Positions 39,223 through 47,323 of a stretch of 64,000 bases of DNA are shown here, in pieces. The translations under genes and the position numbers were made by a program. The notes below the pieces were generated by a model that did not search any database, was not told where the DNA came from, and saw nothing but the letters and a program-made list of their open reading frames with translations. Each line of letters starts with the position of its first letter. The first letter of the stretch is position 1. Origin of the DNA: Thermoplasmata archaeon (GTDB lineage: Archaea > Thermoplasmatota > Thermoplasmata > Lutacidiplasmatales > UBA184); NCBI GenBank assembly GCA_021819135.1, contig JAKASE010000005.1, positions 25,882 through 89,881 of the forward strand, given 5' to 3'.

Positions 39223-40742
39223 GGCCGGTCCCTCCGCGCGTCCCTCGCCTCCGCGTAGACGGCGACCGTCTCTCGCGCCCGTTCCGGCCAGCCCTCGCGC
39301 AGCGCCTCCCACCGGCCCTGCGCCCCCATCGCGGCCCGGAGCGTCGGGTACTCGAGGATCTCGGCGATGCGGCTCGCGAACTCCTCGACGTCCCAGAAGT
39401 CCACACGGAACGTCGACGAGCTGATCTCGGCGACGCCGCTCGTCTTCGAGACCACCGTCGGGACGCCGGCCGCCATCGCCTCGAGCGCGGCGATGCCGAA
39501 CGGTTCGACGACCGAGGGGAGCACGAACACGGACGCCCCCGCGAGGAGGATCTCCCGCTCCTCGTCCGAGACCTTGCCGAGGAACATCACCCGGTCCCCG
39601 ACCCCGAGCCGCGCCGCGAGCTCGACGAGGCGCGGGAACTCCGGGCCTTCCCCCGCGACGACGAAGAGCGCATCCGGCACGTGCTCGGCGATCCGGGCGG
39701 CCGCCCGGACGAACGTGTCGACCCCCTTCATGGCGGCGAGGCGACCGACGTAGAGGACGACGCGCTTCGTCGGATCGATCTCTTCGAGGCGTTCGGTCGG
39801 GCGCACGGCATTGTAGATCACGCGCACCTTCGCGGGATCGGCGTCGTACCGCTCGATGAGCTGAGCGCGGAGGTGTCGGCTCACCGCGATGACCCGGGTC
39901 GCCGCCCGAATGCCGAGCTCTTCCCGCTCGAGGATCGGTTCCCACGGGTGGCCGACCGAACGGTCGTACTCGGTCGAGTGGACGGTCATGACCAGGGGAC
40001 GGCCCAGGCGTTCGGCGAGCGCCTTCGCCCCCTCGGTCCCGAACCAGTCGTGCACGTGGATGACGTCGACCGCCCCAAGGTCCTCGCGTGCCGCGATCCA
40101 CCCGTTGTAGGTCTCGGTCGAGCTCTGGAACGTCACCGGCCGGCGGGGACGGGACGGGGACGAGAAGGCAGAACTCTCCGGAGGACCGACCTCCGGCTGT
40201 TCGTCGTACGCGCCCGGGTACTCCAGAGGCACGCCCGGCTCCACCGGTGAGGGGGACGCGGGCGATGGTTCCTCCTCGGAGGGAGCCGCGGAGCTCGGCT
40301 CCGGTCGACGCTCCGACGGGAACCGGAAGGTCACTCCCTCGACCGGAGTGAACGGTCCGGAGAACGGCGTCAGGAACGTGATCCGGTGCCCGAGCCGGGT
40401 GAGCTCTCGGGAGAGCTCGAAGCAGTGCACTCCGAGTCCGCCGGTGTGGTGCGGCGGCCACTCCCACCCTACCATCACGATGTGGAGCGGATGCGGGCTG
40501 CGTTCGACCGGGGGCGACTCTTCCCTCCGCGGCGGAGCCACCCGTCGGACCCGTGACGACTCCCGCACGTCGAGCCGGGCGAGCGGTTCGCCCGCGTTCC
40601 GTGGCTCACGACGCACACGGGGAGGTCCCCGACCGCGTCCGCCGAGTCGCCCCCGAGCGGTCGGTCGGGGGCGGTGGGCCCGGGGGGCGCGACGACGTCC
40701 TTTCCGGGCCGGGACGGCTCGCTTCGCCGTGCGGGGAGCCAC
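39219..40742 (-). CDS. GT4 glycosyltransferase, archaeal glycogen-synthase-like
   Basis: GWEWPP..TGGLG, IHVHDW, TVHSTEYDR, VGRL..KG, EPFGIAALEAMA. Start uncertain because of a basic low-complexity N-terminus. Confidence 0.88.
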   Translation of the reverse strand: MAPRTAKRAVPARKGRRRAPRAHRPRPTARGRLGGRGRGPPRVRREPRNAGEPLARLDVRESSRVRRVAPPRREESPPVERSPHPLHIVMVGWEWPPHHTGGLGVHCFELSRELTRLGHRITFLTPFSGPFTPVEGVTFRFPSERRPEPSSAAPSEEEPSPASPSPVEPGVPLEYPGAYDEQPEVGPPESSAFSSPSRPRRPVTFQSSTETYNGWIAAREDLGAVDVIHVHDWFGTEGAKALAERLGRPLVMTVHSTEYDRSVGHPWEPILEREELGIRAATRVIAVSRHLRAQLIERYDADPAKVRVIYNAVRPTERLEEIDPTKRVVLYVGRLAAMKGVDTFVRAAARIAEHVPDALFVVAGEGPEFPRLVELAARLGVGDRVMFLGKVSDEEREILLAGASVFVLPSVVEPFGIAALEAMAAGVPTVVSKTSGVAEISSSTFRVDFWDVEEFASRIAEILEYPTLRAAMGAQGRWEALREGWPERARETVAVYAEARDARRDRP

Positions 40743-40805
40743 GCGGACCGGATGGTTCCGAAGACATGAAACCGCGCCCGTCGGGGGCGTCCGGACGGGG
40801 CCGGT

Positions 40806-41546
40806 TCAGAAGCCGGCGAGCAGTTCCTCGATCGCCTTTCGCGGATCTGGCGCCAGCGCGACCGCGCTCGAGACGAGGACGCCCGAGCTCCCGAGCTCGA
40901 GGGCCCGCCGGACATCGTGGCGGTCGTGGACCCCGGCACCGCACAACACGCGCGCCGCCGGCGCGACCGCCCGGACGGCGCGGACCGCGCCTTCGACGAC
41001 CTCGGGGCGGGCGGTCGACACGGCCCGGTCCCCTCCGATCAGCTCCGGCGGTTCGATGGCGAGATATGGCGGGCGGGAGCGGGCGAGCCGGCCGGACGCG
41101 GCGACGTCCCGGGCGCAGACGACCGCGATGAGGCCGGCGGCCGTCAGGCGGGTGACCGCCTCCCCCACCTGCCTCGCGGTCAAGGGGTGCTCGGAATGGC
41201 TGACAAGGCTTCCCCACCCGCCCGAGGCCCGGACCGCCTCGACCGGAACGAACCCGGTGCGCGGGCCGGCGTCGACCGGGTCGACGTGCTGCGCGAGGAC
41301 GGGGATGGCGACCTCGGCCGCCACCCGGGCGAGATCCGGGGTCGACGGAGCGACCGCGACCGGGACGCCCGCGGAGTGGCCGAGCTCCTCCAGGACCCGG
41401 GCGATGCGGGGGGCCGCCGGCCCGAGCTGGGCGGGATAGACCTTGAGGTTCAGGAGGAAGAGCGGTGCGCCGAGGGTCCCGGGTTCAGTGGATGGCGGTC
41501 GAGCGGGCTCGCTTCGGACGAGAGCAAATGGCGTACTCGTCGCCAT
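40806..41546 (-). CDS. tpiA: Triosephosphate isomerase, archaeal type
   Basis: LNLKVY, AQHVDP, HSEH, AIEPPELIG, LCGAG, GVLVSS. Start uncertain. Confidence 0.92.
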   Translation of the reverse strand: MATSTPFALVRSEPARPPSTEPGTLGAPLFLLNLKVYPAQLGPAAPRIARVLEELGHSAGVPVAVAPSTPDLARVAAEVAIPVLAQHVDPVDAGPRTGFVPVEAVRASGGWGSLVSHSEHPLTARQVGEAVTRLTAAGLIAVVCARDVAASGRLARSRPPYLAIEPPELIGGDRAVSTARPEVVEGAVRAVRAVAPAARVLCGAGVHDRHDVRRALELGSSGVLVSSAVALAPDPRKAIEELLAGF

Positions 41547-41694
41547 CGAAGAAGACCTCCCGGTCGGGATGCTTGCGCTGGAGTTCGGAGATGCGGGTGA
41601 GAACATCCTCGAGGGTGGTGGACTCGTCATTCGGATCGATCCTGAGGTGCACCGTCTTCTCGTGGCGCTCGGTCGCGTGAACCGTGCCAGGCAT
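41485..41694 (-). CDS. Small hypothetical protein (69 aa)
   Basis: TTATAA box about 35 nt upstream; protein-like sequence (HPDREVFFDGDEYAICSRP); upstream of tpiA. Confidence 0.7.
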   Translation of the reverse strand: MPGTVHATERHEKTVHLRIDPNDESTTLEDVLTRISELQRKHPDREVFFDGDEYAICSRPKRARSTAIH

Positions 41695-41939
41695 GACGTA
41701 CCGGGAAGCCCGGAACGACTGGGGGGCTTATAATCGTTGAAGGGGCCGCTCGGAACCCACGTTGGCCGCGCTCCGAGCCCAAAGCGCAGGGTGTGATGCG
41801 CGGACCGGGCCCTCGGTCCGGGCGGAAGGGGACGGTTCCCGAGCCGGTCGCACCGGCTCCGAGACAGGTTGTCTCATGCTAAGCCGTAACAAGTATATCC
41901 CGGGTCCGCGTGCGCGCCGACACGGGGTGTTCTACACTC

Positions 41940-44057
41940 ATGGCGGAAGCCCGGGAGAATGCCGAGGCAAAAGAAGACGAGATGCGCCTGACGGAGGCGG
42001 AGATCGCGGTCCATTGGAAGGAAGAGGAGTACTATCACCCCACTCCCAAGTTCATCGGACAGGCGAACCTCACGGACCCGGCCGTCAGCGAGCGTTTCTC
42101 GGAGAAGAACTTCCCCGAGTGCTTCCGCGAGTACGCGGACATGCTCACGTGGGACAAGTACTGGACGACGACGCTCGACACGAGCAACGCCCCGTTCTGG
42201 AAGTGGTTCGTCGGAGGCAAGCTGAACGTCTGCTACAATTGCGTGGACCGGAATCTCGGAAAGTACGCCAACAAGGCCGCGATCCTCTGGGCCTCGGAGG
42301 ACGAGAACGAGCCGATCGTCGCGCTGACCTACCAGGAGCTCTACGTCCAGGTCAATGAGATGGCCGCCGTCCTCCGGGACTTCTGCGGCCTCAAGACCGG
42401 GGACCGCGTGACGGTCCACATGCCGATGGTCCCGCAGCTCCCGGTCACGATGCTCGCATGCGCCCGGCTGGGGATCATCCACTCGGTCGTCTTCGGCGGG
42501 TTCAGCGGCGAGGCGTGCGGGACCCGGATCGAGGATTCGAAGAGCCACATCCTCATCACGATGGACGGCTACTACCGCAGCGGCAAGCTCCTCGACCACA
42601 AGGCCGCCGCGGACATCGCCGTCAAGAAGGCGGAGTCGGAGGGCCACAAGGTCGAGAAGGTCCTCATCTGGCGGCGCTTCCGGGACAAGAGCGCGACCTC
42701 GACCCCGCTCGTCGAGGGCCGGGACTACATCGTCGACGACCTTCTGAAGAAGTACCGCGGCGTGATCGTCCCGCCGGTGTCGATGCCGGCCGAGGCGCCG
42801 CTCTTCTTGATGTACACGAGCGGCTCGACGGGGAAGCCGAAGGGGTGCCAGCACTCGACGGGGGGCTACCTTGCCTACGTGACCGGCACGTCGAAGTACA
42901 TCCAGGACATCCACACGACCGACATCTACTGGTGCATGGCCGACATCGGCTGGATCACCGGGCACTCCTACATCGTGTACGGTCCCCTCGCCCTCGCGGC
43001 GACCTCCGTCATGTATGAGGGCGTACCGACGTTCCCGGACGCGGGTCGGGTCTGGCGCATCGCCGAGCGGCTCGGAGTGAACATCTTCCACACGTCGCCG
43101 ACGTCGATCCGGATGCTGCGGAAGCTGGGACCGGACGAGCCGAAGAAGTACCACTACGACTTCAAGTCGATGACCACCGTCGGCGAGCCGATCGAGCCCG
43201 AGGCGTGGCTCTGGTACTACCACGTGGTCGGCCGGGGAAAGGCCGCGATCACCGATACGTGGTGGCAGACCGAGAACGGCGGGTTCCTCTGCTCGACGAA
43301 GCCGGCGATGGATGCGATGAAGCCGGGGAGCACGGGCCCCCCGGTCCCCGGGATCTTCCCCGTGGTCTACGACGAGAACGGGAAGGAGCTCCCGCCCGGC
43401 GCGGGAAAGGCGGGGAACATCTGCATCCGCAATCCCTGGCCCGGGCTCTTCCAGACGATCTGGGGCGACCCCGACCGGTTCGTCAAGCAGTACTACGTGA
43501 AGTACAACAAGGACCCGAAGTCGAAGGACTGGCGCGACTGGCCGTACTTCGCCGGCGACGGGGCGACCTGGGCGAAGGACGGGTACGTCCGGATCCTCGG
43601 CCGCGTGGACGATGTCATCAACGTGGCGGGGCACCGGCTCGGGACGAAGGAGCTCGAGTCGGCCTGTCTCACGGTCCCCGAGATCGCGGAGGCCGCGGTC
43701 GTTCCGATCGTCGACCCCGAGCGCGGACGGGTTCCCGAGGTCTACGTCGCGCTCAAGCCCGGGATCAAGGCGAGCGACGAGATCGCCCAGCGCGTCACGC
43801 TCGCGATCGAGACGACGATCGGGAAGATCGCCCGGCCGAGGGCCGTGCGGATCGTTCCGGACATGCCGAAGACCCGGTCCGGCAAGATCATGCGCCGGGT
43901 CCTCGCGTCGATCTCGAACCGGATGGACTACGGGGACATCACGACCCTGTCGAACCCCGAGGTCGTCGAGCAGATCCGGGTCCAGGTCCAGGGAGCCGGG
44001 CCGGTGAAGACGGAGAAGGGCCCCGAGGACATCCGACGGTTCGGCGAGACGACGTAA
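41940..44057 (+). CDS. acs: Acetyl-CoA synthetase (AMP-forming)
   Basis: YTSGSTGKPKG, ADIGWITGHSY, DTWWQTE, GRVDDVINVAGHRLG, PKTRSGKIMRR; TATA-like AAGTATAT at 41891. Confidence 0.96.
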   Translation: MAEARENAEAKEDEMRLTEAEIAVHWKEEEYYHPTPKFIGQANLTDPAVSERFSEKNFPECFREYADMLTWDKYWTTTLDTSNAPFWKWFVGGKLNVCYNCVDRNLGKYANKAAILWASEDENEPIVALTYQELYVQVNEMAAVLRDFCGLKTGDRVTVHMPMVPQLPVTMLACARLGIIHSVVFGGFSGEACGTRIEDSKSHILITMDGYYRSGKLLDHKAAADIAVKKAESEGHKVEKVLIWRRFRDKSATSTPLVEGRDYIVDDLLKKYRGVIVPPVSMPAEAPLFLMYTSGSTGKPKGCQHSTGGYLAYVTGTSKYIQDIHTTDIYWCMADIGWITGHSYIVYGPLALAATSVMYEGVPTFPDAGRVWRIAERLGVNIFHTSPTSIRMLRKLGPDEPKKYHYDFKSMTTVGEPIEPEAWLWYYHVVGRGKAAITDTWWQTENGGFLCSTKPAMDAMKPGSTGPPVPGIFPVVYDENGKELPPGAGKAGNICIRNPWPGLFQTIWGDPDRFVKQYYVKYNKDPKSKDWRDWPYFAGDGATWAKDGYVRILGRVDDVINVAGHRLGTKELESACLTVPEIAEAAVVPIVDPERGRVPEVYVALKPGIKASDEIAQRVTLAIETTIGKIARPRAVRIVPDMPKTRSGKIMRRVLASISNRMDYGDITTLSNPEVVEQIRVQVQGAGPVKTEKGPEDIRRFGETT

Positions 44058-44190
44058 TAGCCACGAACCCGTTCTTCGCGCGGGACCGGCCGCGAACGGC
44101 CGGCCCCGCCCTATTCCCGGACCCCGCGGAGGGCTCCTGCTTTCGGGCGACCGCGAAACGAGAAGTCGTCCCGGCCGTTCGGGTCTCCCG

Positions 44191-45168
44191 ATGACGGTCG
44201 TTCGCATCCCGACGGAGCCGGCGGAGCGCGGCGCTTCCGTGCGGGCGATCCTCGCCGAGTACGCCCGGGTCCTCTCGAGCGAGCCCGCGCGGTGGGTCCC
44301 CGAGCTGACCGGCGGCGAGCTCCCCCAGATCGACCGCCGGGGGATGCGCGGGGCGGTCTGGTCGGCCGGGGCGGAGGAGGCGGCGGGGCTCGCGCTCTGG
44401 GACCTCGTGCCGGGCGTCGGCCGCCGGGTCTGGCTCTACCTCCGGGAGGGCCACCGGACGGCCGACTCCCTCCGCTCGGTCCTGGACGAGCTCGACGAGC
44501 GCAGCGACCGGGACGGCCCGATCGCGAGCGTCCTCGACTTCCTGCCGGGGGTTCCCTCCGCGGTGGAGGAGGAGGTCCTCTCGGTCCGCGGGTTCTTCCC
44601 GACCGAGCGGGTCGTCCTGCGCCTCCGTTCCGACACCCCGGTCCCGGAGGACGTCCGGATGAGCCGACCGGACCTGCGGCCGCTCACCCTCGACGACCGG
44701 GAGAGCCTGGTCGGACTGATGCGGGAGGCGTACGACCCGTACTCGCGGGAGCCGGTCCCCGCCCTCTTCTACCGCGACCCCCGGCAGGACGCGGCCGACG
44801 CGGTCGAGGAGCTGTTCTCCGGGGGCCGGGGGGAGTGGCTCCCCTGGGCGTCGTTCGCGGTCGATGCGGGGAGGACGCTCTGCGGCGTATCGATCGTGAC
44901 GCAACTCGAGCACCCGATCCTGAGCGAGGTGATGGTCGCTCCCTCGATGCGGCGGATCGGGCTCGGGACCGGGCTCGCGCTCGAGTCGGTCCACGCCGTC
45001 CGCGAGCACGGCTCGACCGAGATCGACGCTGTCGTATCGAGCCAGGACCTGCGCTCGCTCCGCCTGTTCCGCCGCCTCGGGTTCGAGGCCGCGGGTCTCC
45101 GTGCGGTCGGCTTCTGGGTGAACCGGGTGGCGATCGGAGCGGTACCTCCTCCGTCCCCGCCGCCGTAG
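44191..45168 (+). CDS. GNAT-family acetyltransferase (tandem GNAT-like)
   Basis: C-terminal VMVAPSMRRIGLG acetyl-CoA motif and LFRRLGF. Confidence 0.78.
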   Translation: MTVVRIPTEPAERGASVRAILAEYARVLSSEPARWVPELTGGELPQIDRRGMRGAVWSAGAEEAAGLALWDLVPGVGRRVWLYLREGHRTADSLRSVLDELDERSDRDGPIASVLDFLPGVPSAVEEEVLSVRGFFPTERVVLRLRSDTPVPEDVRMSRPDLRPLTLDDRESLVGLMREAYDPYSREPVPALFYRDPRQDAADAVEELFSGGRGEWLPWASFAVDAGRTLCGVSIVTQLEHPILSEVMVAPSMRRIGLGTGLALESVHAVREHGSTEIDAVVSSQDLRSLRLFRRLGFEAAGLRAVGFWVNRVAIGAVPPPSPPP

Positions 45169-45199
45169 GGGCCGCGCGCGTCCGCGTGGGCCCGGTGCC

Positions 45200-45361
45200 T
45201 TACGGAGTTCCGGCGAGCCGCGGGTCGTCGAGCTCGAAGCGCTCCGCGCAATCCTCGCAGTCGACGTAGCAGTGGACGTCCCCGCTCACGGGCTCGGTGA
45301 GACGGCCCCCGCAGAGCGGGCAGGCGCGGGGGATGACCGATCCGGCCCCGGGATCCGTCAC
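45200..45361 (-). CDS. Small zinc-ribbon protein (53 aa)
   Basis: CPLCGG...CEDC; GTG overlaps the stop of the upstream membrane gene. Confidence 0.6.
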   Translation of the reverse strand: MTDPGAGSVIPRACPLCGGRLTEPVSGDVHCYVDCEDCAERFELDDPRLAGTP

Positions 45362-46086
45362 GGGGCCGTGATCGAGGGGACGAGCCGGGAGGCGAACGTC
45401 GGGATCCGCAGGAGGTGGACCGATACCACGACCGCCCAGAGGAGCACCGGGGCCACGATCAGCCGTTCGATGCCCCCGGGGCCCCACGCCGACCAGAACC
45501 CTCCCCAGGTGTACGCCTGGGCCACGAAGAGGCCGAGGGCGGCGAGGCCGACGAGCCCGGAGAGGGCGGTGTACCCCCGGTAGCCGTCCCACCGGGTGTC
45601 GCGGACCATCACCCAGGCGAGGACGAGGAGGGCGACGTTCGCGGCGACGAACGCGAGGAGCGCCGAGAACGAGTGGATCGTGAGGTTCACGTCCTCGGGC
45701 GAAAGACCCACGCCCGCGGATCCGATCGCCGACAGGATCAGCAGGCCGAGCCCGATCCGGCGCGAAGAGCGCGCCGGGAAGGCGGTCGGGATCAGGAGGA
45801 CCCCCAGGGCCAGGAGGATCCCGAGCAGGATGATCGAACCGTCGAAGACGGTGTGGAGCGGCGAGCAGACGAACCGTCCGGCGTGCGTGGCGCACTGGAC
45901 CGCGCCGTAGTCGCTGATGTAGTTCTGGGTCAGGCTGTACGTGGGGTTGCCCGAACGAAGGTCCCACGCGATCTGGACGACGAACTGCGCCGCGACGAAC
46001 TGGACCACGCCGACGATCCAGAGGATCGCCGCGTGGTGCACCGACCGGTGAACGAGCGGACCGTAACGTTCCTCGGGCGGGGTCAT
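45358..46086 (-). CDS. DUF998-like membrane protein
   Basis: YSLTQNYISDYG, SPLH..F, several TM helices, GGIERL. Confidence 0.82.
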   Translation of the reverse strand: MTPPEERYGPLVHRSVHHAAILWIVGVVQFVAAQFVVQIAWDLRSGNPTYSLTQNYISDYGAVQCATHAGRFVCSPLHTVFDGSIILLGILLALGVLLIPTAFPARSSRRIGLGLLILSAIGSAGVGLSPEDVNLTIHSFSALLAFVAANVALLVLAWVMVRDTRWDGYRGYTALSGLVGLAALGLFVAQAYTWGGFWSAWGPGGIERLIVAPVLLWAVVVSVHLLRIPTFASRLVPSITAP

Positions 46087-46135
46087 GAGGGCGATGCGCG
46101 CGGGGGCGGGACGGGAGGCGGACCGGGTCCGCTAC

Positions 46136-46279
46136 CTATTCCTCGCGGGCGTTGCGCTCGTAGGAGGCGTCGCTCGTGAGCTTGAGGCGCGCCCCATCGC
46201 GGTCGCAGGTCGGTTTCGCGCTGGGCGGCACATCGATCACGTAACCTCCGCCACACTTCGGGCACTCGTAGTACGGCAT
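46136..46279 (-). CDS. CPxCG-type zinc-finger micro-protein (47 aa)
   Basis: Manual translation MPYYECPKCGGGYVIDVPPSAKPTCDRDG...; TTTTAAG box about 30 nt upstream; below the ORF-track cutoff. Confidence 0.65.
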   Translation of the reverse strand: MPYYECPKCGGGYVIDVPPSAKPTCDRDGARLKLTSDASYERNAREE

Positions 46280-46344
46280 GGGAACCTATCAGGGGAGCCA
46301 ACCGACCCCCTTAAAAGGTTAGGGCGGTCCGAACCCGCACGCCC

Positions 46345-47292
46345 GTGGCGCCGCGATACCGTCGCCGGACCGTTCCGGGAGCGGGGGATCCCCGGCGGCG
46401 TTCCCGGCCCCCGGCCCCGGCGGAGGGCCGTCCCGCGCGGGAACGGTTCCTCGCCGCGGACCGGTACCGGGCAGAGCGGGAGTGGCTCCGCTTCGAGGGA
46501 ACCGCCCAGCGGGACCTCTGGCGGACGCTCCGGGAGCGGTTCCTTGCCCGTCACGCCGTGGACGCGCCCTGGGTGGTGGACCTCGGTTCGGGCCCAGGAC
46601 GGTTCCTCCCGTGGATCGGGGGCCCGCGATCCGAGCGGGTCGCTGTCGACCTCTCTCGGGAGATGCTTCTCGCGTTCCGTCCCTCACCGGAGGGCTCCGC
46701 CTTGGACCCGGCACGTACGCACCGGATCCTCGCCGACGCGGCGCGACCCCCCCTCCCTCCCTCGGCGTTCGGAGCGGTCGCCCTCCTCGGCAATACCCTC
46801 GGTTTCGCCGGGCCCGCGAGCGACCGGCTGTGGCAGGCAGCGACCGCCCTCGTCGCCCCCGGCGGCCGGTTGCTGGTCGAGATCGCGCCGGGTCCGGGGG
46901 AGCGCTCTCGGTACCTCGCCCGGCTTCCGGCCTCGAGCGTGGGGCGGCTCCTTGAGGCCCCCCTGCGCGCCGTCCTTCCCCGGGTCGATCGGGAGGGGTT
47001 TGCGACCGAGCCGGTCCGTCGGAAGGAGGAGGGAGAGTTCCGACGCATACCGGCGGCGGAGGTGATCGGACGCTGCGAGCGGGCGGGGTGGGTGGTCCGC
47101 GAGACGGTCGCGGTGGCCCCGGCGCTCGGCGCGGACCCCGACCGGATCGAGCGGGCGCAGACCCACCCCCGGGCCTGGGCGCACCTCCTCGAGCTCGAGG
47201 AGGAGATCGGGCGCCGGCCCGCGCGATGGGAACGGGCGGCCGCGGTCCTCGTCGCCGCGGAGCGACCCCCTTCAATCATAGCAATTAAGTAA
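46345..47292 (+). CDS. Class I SAM-dependent methyltransferase
   Basis: VVDLGSGPGRF, AVDLSREML, LADA, PGGRLLVE. Confidence 0.85.
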   Translation: MAPRYRRRTVPGAGDPRRRSRPPAPAEGRPARERFLAADRYRAEREWLRFEGTAQRDLWRTLRERFLARHAVDAPWVVDLGSGPGRFLPWIGGPRSERVAVDLSREMLLAFRPSPEGSALDPARTHRILADAARPPLPPSAFGAVALLGNTLGFAGPASDRLWQAATALVAPGGRLLVEIAPGPGERSRYLARLPASSVGRLLEAPLRAVLPRVDREGFATEPVRRKEEGEFRRIPAAEVIGRCERAGWVVRETVAVAPALGADPDRIERAQTHPRAWAHLLELEEEIGRRPARWERAAAVLVAAERPPSIIAIK

Positions 47293-47323
47293 CGGCCCAA
47301 CGCCATTCCTACACAGAAGTTCC

